Below are positions 51,501 to 60,530 of a stretch of 64,000 nt of DNA, in pieces (within the stretch, counting starts at the first letter, position 1; each line of letters begins with the position of its first letter). The translations under genes were made by a program, and so were the position numbers. The notes under the pieces are model-generated. The model worked only from the letters and a program-made list of their open reading frames with translations, had not been told where the DNA came from and searched no databases. This DNA is from Aplysia californica (taxonomy: Eukaryota), in assembly GCF_000002075.1 (NCBI RefSeq), contig NW_004797365.1, positions 63,195 to 127,194 on the forward strand, read 5' to 3'.

Positions 51501-54500
51501 TCCATGACGCAGACCATGCTGCTGTTGGGCATCCTTGAGGAGATGCAAGGCTGCAATATACAAAAGCAAAAAAAGTTAAGTCAGATGAAAATTTTAAAAA
51601 ACCAAAATGAATGAAATTCGGAATAGCACCAGTTCCCCTCTATGCCCTACAGAAAAATCTGTTACTACATGATACTTTTTCTAACAAGAATGTTTCATTA
51701 TTCCAAGCACCTCGTTAATCCAGTATGGGATGTTATAAATAACACTTGCATTGCAGTCGGAAAATATCTTCTGGGGCCAGTCAAGCCAAATTGTAGACAA
51801 AATGAAAGTTCTAATACAGCATCAAAATGGATGTACATAAGTGCTGTGCTACATCAAGAAGAGTGGAAGAGCGTAAAAATGCAATCGTCCAAAGCCTCCT
51901 GCATCTGCCTAAAATACTTTTGACTCTAATAAAGACAAAAGAACTTGTTTCTATTCTTGTACATGATTTTTTCATACAAATTATTTACTTAACGGGAGGA
52001 GCGACCCTCAGTTTGGCTGATTTTGGACCAAGCTATGCAAATTGATCTTTTAAGGTCAACCTATTCTTTGAGTACAAATAGGAAGGAGACAATTGAGAAA
52101 ATCTTCATTCTCATCGTAAATTGTCTTTAAAAACAGGGTGGGTTAAAAATTGTAGTGGATTTCCACAATAACTGTTGTTTTCTCAAAATATTTTTTTTTC
52201 TTTTTGCAGTTTTCCCCCTACCCCTTTCTAAGTTTTCATCCTTTTAACATGAAACTTTCAGTAAACATAGATGGCAAGGCTGCCATCAATGTAACAGAGA
52301 AAACTTGTGAAAAAAATAACTTTTCCATTGGCAGGCGATTACTCAACCAAAATTGAGAAAAGGTTTAATACATTGGGAAAATTCTCAATTTTGTTTTTCT
52401 TTTACTTATTCATGGGTCTCAACCCAGAATTTTAAAAAAGGAGGAACTTTCCACGTGATCGTGACAGAAACCATTTTCGTGAGACACCCATTGTTATATT
52501 TTTAAAATACTTTGATAGGGACTGGTTCAGGTATACTCTCACCAAATTTGTTGCATTTTTGTTTTATTAAGCGTTTTATGGCACTTGCAACACAATAAGG
52601 TCTATAAGTTCCGAAGATTAGAGGTGTTACAAGAGAGTAACATACACATAAAAAGAAGGAGGAAAGATATGTACGATAGATGTTTGATAGGAAAGAAGCA
52701 AACCACACCAGAGCACCCGCCAACCACCCAGTCACAAAATTTGGATAGTAAATAAGAAAGCCTTGGGAATTTGAAATTTATTGTTTACTTTCAAAGGTGG
52801 CGGCTGTTTCCATAGCAACCACTGTAGCTATGCAAAAATAAAAGTACGTATTGAGATTTTTTTCTATCTATTCCTAACTTACCTATGTACTTAGATTTGA
52901 TCTCGGGCAACAACATACAAAATGAACCTCGAGGGTCGCCCCTCCCATTACAGTTCACATTACAAATACATGGCTGTTGGTAGCAGCATTGGTGATGTCC
53001 TGCATCTTAAAAAAGGCAGTGGTGTACTACTGACAGTATGTCTAGTGAAAAAATGTCCAGACCTCTGGTACTTACGTAATCAGACTACTTCAAGATGCAA
53101 AAACTACTCAGTAGTGCTTCTATGAGCATCAGCTCCTGAAAAGTAAGGAAAATTCTGCCAGGGGTCTGGGAGCCGCAGAGGCCCCCAGCAGGGTCCAGGA
53201 ACAGCCACTCAAATTTAGTGCTTTTAGAGGGTTAAAAACAGCATATTTATGAGCCTGTCTGAAGAGATTTCCAAAAAACCAAAAACACCTATTTTTTCAC
53301 CAAGATTTTGACACTTATTCGATTTCTCAACCTACAAATCTTTCCATTGCTGGCAATGTTTAAAATTTAAATTAGGTTCCACTTGCCGTTGCTTAGTAAT
53401 TATAATTCATAACATATCCTGAAAGGAGAATATAGGTTTTGCCAAGGAACCAAATGTCATAAAGGGAATGTTCACGCTTTTCACTATGATAGAGGAATCA
53501 ATCATGAATACATAGCTATCCTCTAATCCATGTCATCTTCGCAAACAGGAAAATGGTACATTCGTATGAAGATTTACCTTGTGAATGCTGACCATTGAGG
53601 TTTAGGAGAGTCCTAGCTGCAGACTTTATCTATGGACAGACTTCTCACGGGGCTTATCTAATGAATGCTGTACCCTGGTGACATTAAAAGGGGTGCGAAC
53701 AGTGTGTTTGACCTGAAGTGGTTATTTTGTCCGGGAATTTTTAGTTCTGATTCTCTACACGGCCTAAAAGGTGGACAACTTTCACCCTTGACATCAAAGG
53801 AGGTCTTAATTCTTTCAACCCCATCGCTGGGAGCATCCGGCAGTAAAAACCCTGTTCCCAATTGAACGCTGGGAACATTTGATATTAGCGACAACTGTTT
53901 TGTTTCATTTGGCGCTAATTTTTGCTCGTTTTTCAGAACTATTCGCGATCCTGGCAAGTTTTCTAAGTAATGAAAAAGCCTTTGTTTCCACTATTTAGAA
54001 GTTAAGGGCAAGCTTCTGGGGTTATAATGAGATAGTGCACCAGGTTTAGGTGACTGTAGAAAAAACTCCTGGAAACGGTGGAAAAAAACTCAGGGTTTAA
54101 AGAGTTAAAGGACACTAAAAGATTATTTCCACTCATTGCGCGAAACTAACAAAATGAGTTGGTGGTGAGGAAACATTCATTACAAAAAGCTCTCTGCTCT
54201 TTACTAATCTAGACCATGATCTCAACAAGCAAGGAAACTTGAGAAAAACTATCTGCAAATTTCTGTTGGCCTGTTAGACTACTGTAGCTTGCTATATGAC
54301 CCAATCATTAGGACATTAAGTGGTAGGCCATGCGAACTAGTGCGTCAGGCTACAAAAATGGGGACATAGTTAAAAATGGGTTGTCTTTTTGTGCGCTATG
54401 TAAATAAAAACTAAAACATGGATTTATTTTAAAAGAATATCAGAAAATATATCATGACACGATGGAAACAGGCGCTCGTCAATTTTTGGATAAATGGAAT

Positions 54501-57500
54501 GATTGGTACCATTATAAAGCTTGCTCATTTGTCTTGCTTGTGATAAAAAAAATTACCCATCTATCTTGAGTAGAAGTTAAGATATTTGCAATTGAAGGAC
54601 GTGGGGGTCACCTGATGTCAGAGGTAAAACTAGCGAGAAAACGGCCGCCAAAGCCTGGTGTTTTACATAGCTTCAGAGACCCTGGAAAAAAATAAATTAC
54701 ATTTTTTGTGCCTTTCATCAACTTTTTTCACAGAAATCTCCACAGAAATCTCCACAGAAATGTGTTTTTCAATACATATAAAAGGTGTTGAACCAAAAAT
54801 TAAAAAATTTTAAGAAAAAAAAGCAAAACCGGCAGTAAAATGCCAATTTCTCTGATTTCATTATTTTGATGAACGCCTGATTTCCCCACGCTGCCTCACA
54901 AATTTCTTTGACTCAAAAATATGTACACAATTTGAAACACAAAACTTTGGAGTACAAGAAAATATTAACAAAAAAAGTTGCTTAGTTTTTTTTGGGATCA
55001 CCCTGTAGATTCGACTCTCCGATCTTCCTGATACCTCTTATTTTCTGTAATTTACTCAATTTGGAAATATTTGATGATTTTTCTAGGAACTCACTTACTA
55101 TGTAGCTATGCCAATCAGGCTTCCGAGCGTGGCGAAATTTTGGTCCCAGTTTGCAGAACGTAAGTGACTAACTTTGTCAAACTTGTTCCACACCATTTCC
55201 AGACCAATGCGAATGGAACTAGGCAACTAATCAGAAAACAGGGCAAACTAATGATATGTGGACATTGAAGTTGGGACAGATAAATTAACCTGTATTTTTG
55301 GAGTCGGAAACCCTTTCGTATCAGGTATACCGAAAACTATAAGCAGCTTGATTTTCAAAGCGGAGAAGGTAATAGATCTATCTTTCCTCTATAGTGTCCT
55401 CAAATTTGAACATTCTGTGTACCGTCAGGTAATTGTGTAGAATTTATCATAAATGTACCACAGGGCTGCCTACCTCAAAGTTCCCATTTCAGGTAGATTC
55501 AGGGTCATTTTCAGGTAGATTGGCCCAAAATCAGAAAGTACAAAGACAAAGAAGAAGAAAAAAAGATGATCGTTGCCCTATCGAACGCGCTTGCTTTCCG
55601 TGATATTGGGTAATTATATTTTGAAAANNNNNNNNNNNNNNNNNNNNNNNNNNNNNNNNNNNNNNNNNNNNNNNNNNNNNNNNNNNNNNNNNNNNNNNNN
55701 NNNNNNNNNNNNNNNNNNNNNNNNNNNNNNNNNNNNNNNNNNNNNNNNNNNNNNNNNNNNNNGTGCCTATATATAATGTGCGTGGGAAAGGAAGGGGGTG
55801 TATGGGTGTGCACAAGTTACGATGAACAGTGTGTATGAAATGAGGCGAGGTTGTTGTTTTAAAAAAAATCATTTTATGGACTATCGTTCAAGGCACTTAT
55901 CATTCAGTATTGAATCTGGAATTGAGTGCAGGGTGATTGCCAAACTGACTTCAAAACCCCTAGCCCATACCAATAGAAACTAAATTAAAACATAATTTTC
56001 CCGACACTAGCATAGGACACTGATAAGTCCTTCGTGACTTAGGTATGACAGACAATTAATTTTAACTAGTTTTACTATAAGAATACAAAATGAATCCTGA
56101 TCTGGGCCTGAAGAGAGGCAAGAAGAACATCAACTGCAAAAACCATGTTTGGTTTCAGCAATCACGGATTTTAAAAAGCATGCAAGACTTATAAAACCTT
56201 TATAGTTAGGCTCACGGCAGAGCAAAAAGTGAAAATAAAAGAGCGTGTACCGATAGAGCCAGAGCTGGAAGGACTGAGAGTGTGGGATGTAGTGATGCTG
56301 AAAACCTGGCAATCAGTGAATCACTGCATCATGGACTAAGTATTGATTTTTTTTTTCAAAATGCTAAATCACAGTACCAGTATTTAATCAGCAACAAGCC
56401 ATCATGATGCATAGGCATCCAACATAGAGTAGACCTGCATGTGAGCCTCAACCAGATTGTCTGAAAATTTTGCGCGCACCCCCCCCCCCTCCCCCCCATA
56501 AGAGCTTAAATTTTGTGGGTGTCATAAGGAAGGACTTTTCCGAGTAACGAGCGACCACCCCAACAAACACAATAAAGAAGAGACCTAACCCTAACCCTAG
56601 GCCTACCCCAAAAAAGAACCTGCAACGGGCCTCATGTAAAAAGGCCAGCACAAGTCCAAAATGAAAAAAAACACAAAAAAAACCAACTCCAAAACAAAGA
56701 GCATGCATATAATATGGCCTACATCTTGCTATTATAATAGGGTTTGATACAATAACACAATAGAATTGGAGTATGAATCCTCCATACCATATATAGATCT
56801 AGATCTAGTAATCTAAATAAATCTAGATCGATATCTTGTAGAACAAGTGAATAGGAATAGGCCTTGAACTAGAAATCCGCATCCGATTCCGAAAAGAGGG
56901 ACTCAGCTGAGTATAGATTCTAAATAATTCACGCACCTGATGAAATGCTTTTTACCAACATTAATATTACAGCACAACCTATGACTATGACTACGATAGG
57001 GTTTGACACAATAGAATTGGAATATGAATCCTCCATTGAGGTCTATAATGATCTATATAAATCTAGATCTAGATCTAGATTCTATTAGAACAAGTCAAGT
57101 GAGTGAATGAATCCACACGATCTCAACAATTGAATTTGTCAACAAACGAAATTCAAAATGGCCGCTCGAGCACGAAACTGAAAGTAGATAATTTAGGTCG
57201 TCGTCCTTTTTCGTATTCGCATTTCTACTCGGGTTCCGACAATTATGTCGGAAACGCCGACGTCGGCAGAGCGCGCGTCGGCGGTCAGCACGAAAATGAA
57301 AAGTGCCGACAAAGCCAACGGGAGAAAAAGGGGGCGCTGGCAGTCGGCCAGGCCTCGCACTTCGCACATTGACTGATACAGGTGGGCCTAGCGATAGCAT
57401 CGGCCAGTTCGCGGGTCGGGTCGCGATTGTCGGATTTCAGACGATTGTCGGCAAACATGCAGGTCTAATAGAGCTTTCCGAGGGTTGAAAATGGCATTTC

Positions 57501-60271
57501 CTCATTGCCACTATTCAATTTGTCATCAATGACAAATCCGACAAACCCGGGACACCAACCTTGAAGATACAATCATCAAGTCTGTGCTCTAATGTTCCCT
57601 CATTTACGCACTCGATTGTCGAATGTCAAAACCACTTCCACTTACTTTAGCATCAGTTTCTTGCACCGCGGCCTTTTCCTGCTGCCGTAAACTTTATTGC
57701 ATCAAACACTTCCCCTCAATTCCGACGCCCTGCAACACTCCTACTTTGAATGAACTTTGATTAGCTTTCCCCAACAACCACCGGCCGGTCCCTTGCTCGT
57801 GCCGTACTCACGAACTCACAAGTTCATTGACCGGTCACGATGACGGGCCAGGCAATCTAGAAATTGGAGGACACGTGTTTTCTTTTTCTCCCTTTTTTAG
57901 TCATTATAGTGACATCAGTGAGAATAACGATTTAATGTTTACGGCTACACTGTGTTTTTTATGCACAAACTGCAGGTTACAAATTTTTATTAACTGTAAA
58001 TCTAACGTCAACGAACTATCATCGGACAATTCTAAGCGGCAACGAAAGCGAAAGTAGATTTTCATTTTCCCGATGGAGTCTCAGTATTACACCTACAGTT
58101 CCGCTGCCGCCATAGCCGCTCATTCGCGTGAAACGTACTCTCGGACTGGGGAAAGCCGAACATAACATCACAAACGCGATCGGTAAAATATGAACTCGGT
58201 AGGCTTTTCAGATTTGGTTTCGAGAACTTTGTGCATTTTCGCGAGTCTAGGCGGTTTTTTTTCTTCAGATTCCCGGGTAATAAATTCCCGCAGTCCCCCT
58301 GCGTAGAATCCTCATTTGGTACTGACCAATTCTCTAGACCAAGACACATTTTAGAATGTTTTGCTTCGATACCGATTTTCCTTCTACATTCACAATTCTG
58401 TTTTCTAGGTAAATGAATAAAGTGCACAAATTTTCCAGCCGCAGCAAAAAACTGAAGATAGACAGAAAGAAAGAATGAATGAGAAGAAGGAGGAAGATTA
58501 TCTATCGTGAGTAGACAGATTTCAGCCGATATGCACTTGAAAAACTATTGCCGACCGAACGGTACAGATAGACAATGGTCGAGAGTACGAAATGCGCAAT
58601 CTGGCAGTTTCTATTTATACAACTTATTGTAGGGAGTTGCTATAAATATCTGACAAGTTACAGAGGAAAATGCATGGAGTTGAATATGATGATGCGGCAA
58701 GTACGGAACTTTCGGAACGTACGGATTTCCGTAAAAACAAAGAAGAATGGAAGCACTGCAGAATGTTTTTTTTTTCTTTTTATTCTCTCGGCACCCATCA
58801 CAAATCCGGTAGTTTTGACACCTTATCGGTATGGCGGTAGAACAGGTCAAAAATTGGTATCTATCTACCGGAAAAATCGGTAGATATAGGCAGCCCTGCA
58901 TGAGTCATCTGCTAGATTCGGCATAGATGCTTTAAAGTTCAATCGGTGCTTCCAGCGAAAGAGATTGCAGAACTTTTTTTTTCTCTATAAAGAGTCGGAC
59001 GCAACAGACGCAACGACAACAAATCAGGATACTGGCGATGGAACTCGGGAAAATCGGGGTGCTTGAGATTTGGGCCAACCGCAAGGCATCAAAGATGGAA
59101 GTGTACGAAAATTGCCGTAAAGACGCTGGAGGATTAGATCTAGATCTAGATCAGATTAAAAAACAAACTTCAAAGCATCTCTACAAATTATAATTTGGGA
59201 CTGTTGGTCAGTCAGGAGGAGGAAAAGAGTTCAGAAAAAAAAAAATTGTCAGGTCCGGGACCGGAATCGAATCGCTCCTAAAATCATTGCATGCCTTCAA
59301 ACGCACACGCGCTGTCTATTCGGCCATCAGAACTTCCGAGAGCGTGGTGTAGATTTTAAAAGCGTTAATGTAGTCTACATGACATAACTATATAGGCACT
59401 TCCATCTTTGGTGCCATGCGGTTGGCTACTTAGAGAAGTAGTCACGTGATCGGAGGAGTATTCTGGTCTGACGTCAAACAAGATGGGTGTCGTACTTTAA
59501 AATAGTTTGCGTCTTTCTACGTTTAATTAGAATAGTCTAAATTAATCGCATGTATTATCAACCCTACCTTGACCTGCCGGCGCTTTTTCGGTAGTTCCCA
59601 CCCCCCTTATTTGATTGAGCCTGACCTACATCTAGATCTATATACACGTTTGATTCGCGGCAAGCTAAGATATCAAACCTAACAACTGCAAAACATTAAA
59701 TTGTGGTAAAATTCAGGGGCGCATGCCCCCCTGAAACCCCCCACCATGTTTTTTTTGGGTCAGGGGGGCAAGCCCCCCTGAAACCCCCCTACTCTTGGGG
59801 CCAATACCGGCGAATAACAAATGCGGGGTGGGAACTAAATCTACCGAAAAAGCGCCGACCTGCCTGTACTGTTATTAAAAGTTATAATGCCCTTTTCAAA
59901 TTCAGCTGTGCAAGACCTATTAAATTAGATCTCGATCTTTTACTGATTATGCATATGGCCATACTTTCTCAAATGCAACACTTAGCCTAAGCTACCGCTT
60001 TTCATTCACCGTATTGAGCAACAACACAGGAGAGAGAAAGTCTCTTTACTTCATTATTTTCACCAGACAGTTTGGAAAGTCAGAAATCTCCCAAATGGTG
60101 AAGAGTTTGACCGATTTCACGGACAGAGAATTACGTCTTGACACCTTTATTAAATTTCAAACAGATATATTCACCTTCTAAAGTGTACGATTCTTCTTTG
60201 GAAGTTTCTGTTGTGGATTGTGTGGCCTGGTTTGTTCCATCAGCCGTCACGTTTTCGCCTTCGGCAGCCAT
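36254..60271 (-). CDS. SRP68: Signal recognition particle subunit SRP68, full gene span (12 coding exons, 1821-nt CDS, 606 aa)
   Basis: Exons join in frame through GT-AG introns: 60175-60271, 51484-51550, 50872-50985, 50164-50359, 49341-49423, 47546-47732, 43315-43554, 42165-42386, 41158-41252, 40181-40316, 38337-38468, 36254-36505. Diagnostic SRP68 motifs: QQQHGLRHGDFQRYRGYCSRR, AERCWAYAMQLK, YCAYNIGD, WRGRTVPV, PQDLVRLYDII, PIPCRPLFFDLALNH. Confidence 0.96.
36787..36955 (-). repeat. Rep-A, near-full-length copy (SRP68 intron 11)
   Basis: TTTTAGTTTTAGTAGAGGTTTTACGGCCCTCGCAAC...ATGAGCGCCAG...CACCAGAGCACCCGTCAACCAC. Confidence 0.9.
37092..38299. mobile_element. Non-autonomous hAT-like DNA transposon (TIR CAGTGCTTCCAC)
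   Basis: 12-bp perfect TIR; flanks TCAGCG/TCAGTG; GC-rich subterminal block. Both ends recur at 53112-53400 and ~58420-58758. Confidence 0.8.
37573..37727. mobile_element. Palindromic MITE nested in the 37092-38299 element
   Basis: GTGCTCACTATGGA...GATCGCCCGACTCG...AAACGTGTTTGTTTT is mirrored by AAAACAAACACG...CGAGTCGGGCGATC...TCCATAGTGGGCAC; TA at the ends. Confidence 0.8.
38337..38468 (-). CDS. SRP68: SRP68 exon 11 (EEVQTIQELQEQIGGQMHSCQAFSILD...TDKR)
   Basis: ttacag acceptor, gtaagt donor, 132 nt, phase 0-0. Confidence 0.9.
38564..38807. mobile_element. Degenerate Tc1/mariner (pogo-like) MITE
   Basis: TA|CAGTCGAC ... ACACTG|TA termini; weak TIR. Confidence 0.4.
40181..40316 (-). CDS. 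SRP68: SRP68 exon 10 (SFYIARSYSSAKKWKETVALYQRA...PKIK)
   Basis: Translated by hand. tttcag acceptor, gtaagg donor, 136 nt. Confidence 0.93.
40406..40840. mobile_element. 435-bp TIR MITE with ATAT target duplication (Sola1-like), inserted in a Rep-A copy
   Basis: GTG...CAC termini, imperfect TIR (AGGTGCTCGTC / GACAAGCACCT), ATAT on both sides. Removing it restores Rep-A GGTCATATAAGTGC. Confidence 0.8.
41158..41252 (-). CDS. SRP68: SRP68 exon 9 (NLTEIPNLHGIQDDPTIESETEASVLRYKAF)
   Basis: Translated by hand. tttcag acceptor, gtgagt donor, 95 nt; the YKAFR motif spans the junction. Confidence 0.93.
42165..42386 (-). CDS. SRP68: SRP68 exon 8 (VFKAAVRG...YLHSYLMY...PQDLVRLYDIIIQ)
   Basis: ccgcag acceptor, gtaaat donor, 222 nt. 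Confidence 0.95.
42545..42980 (-). repeat. Rep-A tandem copies (SRP68 intron 7); full copy at ~42666-42840
   Basis: Three to four adjacent full or partial units containing both stem variants. Confidence 0.9.
43315..43554 (-). CDS. SRP68: SRP68 exon 7 (DLLSQTREKQAATLSEVTWRGRTVPV...QEDQ)
   Basis: ttaaag acceptor, gtatga donor, 240 nt. Confidence 0.95.
43936..46390. mobile_element. piggyBac-type non-autonomous element (TTAA TSD) hosting nested inserts
   Basis: TTAA|TCCTCTACGTGC ... GCGCTTAGAGGG|TTAA. Confidence 0.65.
44030..45775. mobile_element. hAT-type non-autonomous element with AAGTAC subterminal arrays
   Basis: TIR CAGAGCTG/CAGCTCTG; 8-bp TSD AGTATAGA/AGTGTAGA; dense AAGTAC/GTACTT repeats at 44040-44190 and 45620-45760. 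Confidence 0.85.
46402..47420. mobile_element. Tc1/mariner-type non-autonomous element (CCTAAGATCCC terminal repeats)
   Basis: CAGTAGTCTCCACCTAAGATCCC ... GGGATCTTAGGCGAAAACTG, with several CTAAGATCCC repeats. An inverted relative lies at 44828-~45600. Confidence 0.7.
47546..47732 (-). CDS. SRP68: SRP68 exon 6 (TIYEKLANAFSEE...YCAYNIGDES...LKLD)
   Basis: Not in the ORF track; translated by hand. tcccag acceptor, gtgaga donor, 187 nt. Confidence 0.95.
48060..48507 (-). mobile_element. tRNA-derived SINE (Glu-like head) with conserved central domain
   Basis: Minus-strand head GGGGACTCTCGTGTCCAAGAGGTTAAGG...CTCTCA...GGTTTGAATCC has A and B boxes. Body GAGGTCCCGTGTGCA...GCGCACGTTAAAGATCCC resembles the Meta-type SINE domain (recalled, not searched). 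A second copy lies at ~24 kb. Confidence 0.75.
49341..49423 (-). CDS. SRP68: SRP68 exon 5 (AYNAWIKGSLQFETENWESAMELYTKA)
   Basis: tttcag acceptor, gtaagc donor, 83 nt. Confidence 0.94.
50164..50359 (-). CDS. SRP68: SRP68 exon 4 (YLQLPLFCAERCWAYAMQLKSEANTEPRKRFH...KLECQ)
   Basis: tttcag acceptor, gtactg donor, 196 nt. Confidence 0.96.
50872..50985 (-). CDS. SRP68: SRP68 exon 3 (GYCSRRIRRIRKSLHF...EILSDS)
   Basis: ccacag acceptor, gtaaca donor, 114 nt, phase 2-2. Confidence 0.95.
51484..51550 (-). CDS. SRP68: SRP68 exon 2 (LHLLKDAQQQHGLRHGDFQRY)
   Basis: ttgcag acceptor, gttagt donor, 67 nt; HGLRHGDFQRYR motif. Confidence 0.96.
52557..52730 (-). repeat. Rep-A copy (SRP68 intron 1)
   Basis: Same consensus through CACCAGAGCACCCGCCAACCAC. 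Confidence 0.9.
54449..54899. mobile_element. Inverted second copy of the 40406-40840 MITE (AAAT flanks)
   Basis: 54780-54899 is the reverse complement of 40406-40520, and GGGGGTCACCTG mirrors CAGGTGACCCCC. Confidence 0.75.
55461..58898. mobile_element. hAT-like termini pair CAGGGCTGCCTA / TAGGCAGCCCTG
   Basis: 12-bp perfect inverted termini with GGTAGAT subterminal motifs at both ends; no matching TSD seen. Confidence 0.6.
56430..57467. mobile_element. hAT-like non-autonomous element, TIR TAGACCTGCATGT, 6-bp TSD ATAGAG
   Basis: 13-bp perfect TIR; ATAGAG immediately on both sides; GTCGG/CCGAC subterminal motifs; internal ~110-bp duplication (56737-56850 vs 56996-57095). Confidence 0.85.
59074..59426. 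mobile_element. Inverted-repeat element enclosing a tRNA-like cassette
   Basis: 30-bp IR (59074-59103 vs 59397-59426, 2 mismatches) around an A-box/B-box/oligo-T unit at 59235-59333 on the minus strand. Confidence 0.65.
60175..60271 (-). CDS. SRP68: SRP68 exon 1 (MAAEGENVTADGTNQATQSTTETSKEESYTLE)
   Basis: ATG in AAGATGGC context; 97 nt ending G|GTGAAT. Phase 1 matches exon 2, giving YTLEALHLLKDAQ, the expected lead-in to the conserved domain. Lies in CpG-rich sequence. Confidence 0.85.
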
Positions 60272-60530
60272 CTTGAGCGAGCGTAAGCCGCGTCACGAAA
60301 AGGTTAGCCTATTTTCGTTACTTTTGTCTGGTGGCTTTTACAGTACGTCGGTGTTCATCGGACGAAAAGCAAATTCCCGTTTGCAACCGAAAAGACAAAA
60401 CTAGAGTTCAGTAAAGCCAAAGATAGTACGTGTACTGCCAAAGATAGTACATCCTACCGTAGGGTGTAGTATCTTTGGTACTGCTGCACAGAATTCTACA
60501 CTAAGTGTAGAATTCTGTGTACTGCTGAGA
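60272..60530 (-). promoter_or_regulatory. Probable SRP68 5'UTR/proximal promoter
   Basis: CpG-rich segment directly upstream of the ATG; a YY1-like AAGATGGC overlaps the start codon. The TSS cannot be determined from sequence. Confidence 0.5.
60439..60519. mobile_element. Two miniature palindromic insertions (39 bp and 33 bp) with 7- and 8-bp TSDs
   Basis: GTACTGC|CAAAG...CTTTG|GTACTGC and TACTGCTG|CACAG...CTGTG|TACTGCTG. Confidence 0.75.

Noticed and set aside
53658-53957. 99-aa ORF in SRP68 intron 1
   Set aside because: No recognisable domain, and it lies within transposon debris.
56585-56600. CTAACCCTAACCCTA telomere-like repeat
   Set aside because: Only about two units, inside a transposon; not meaningful.
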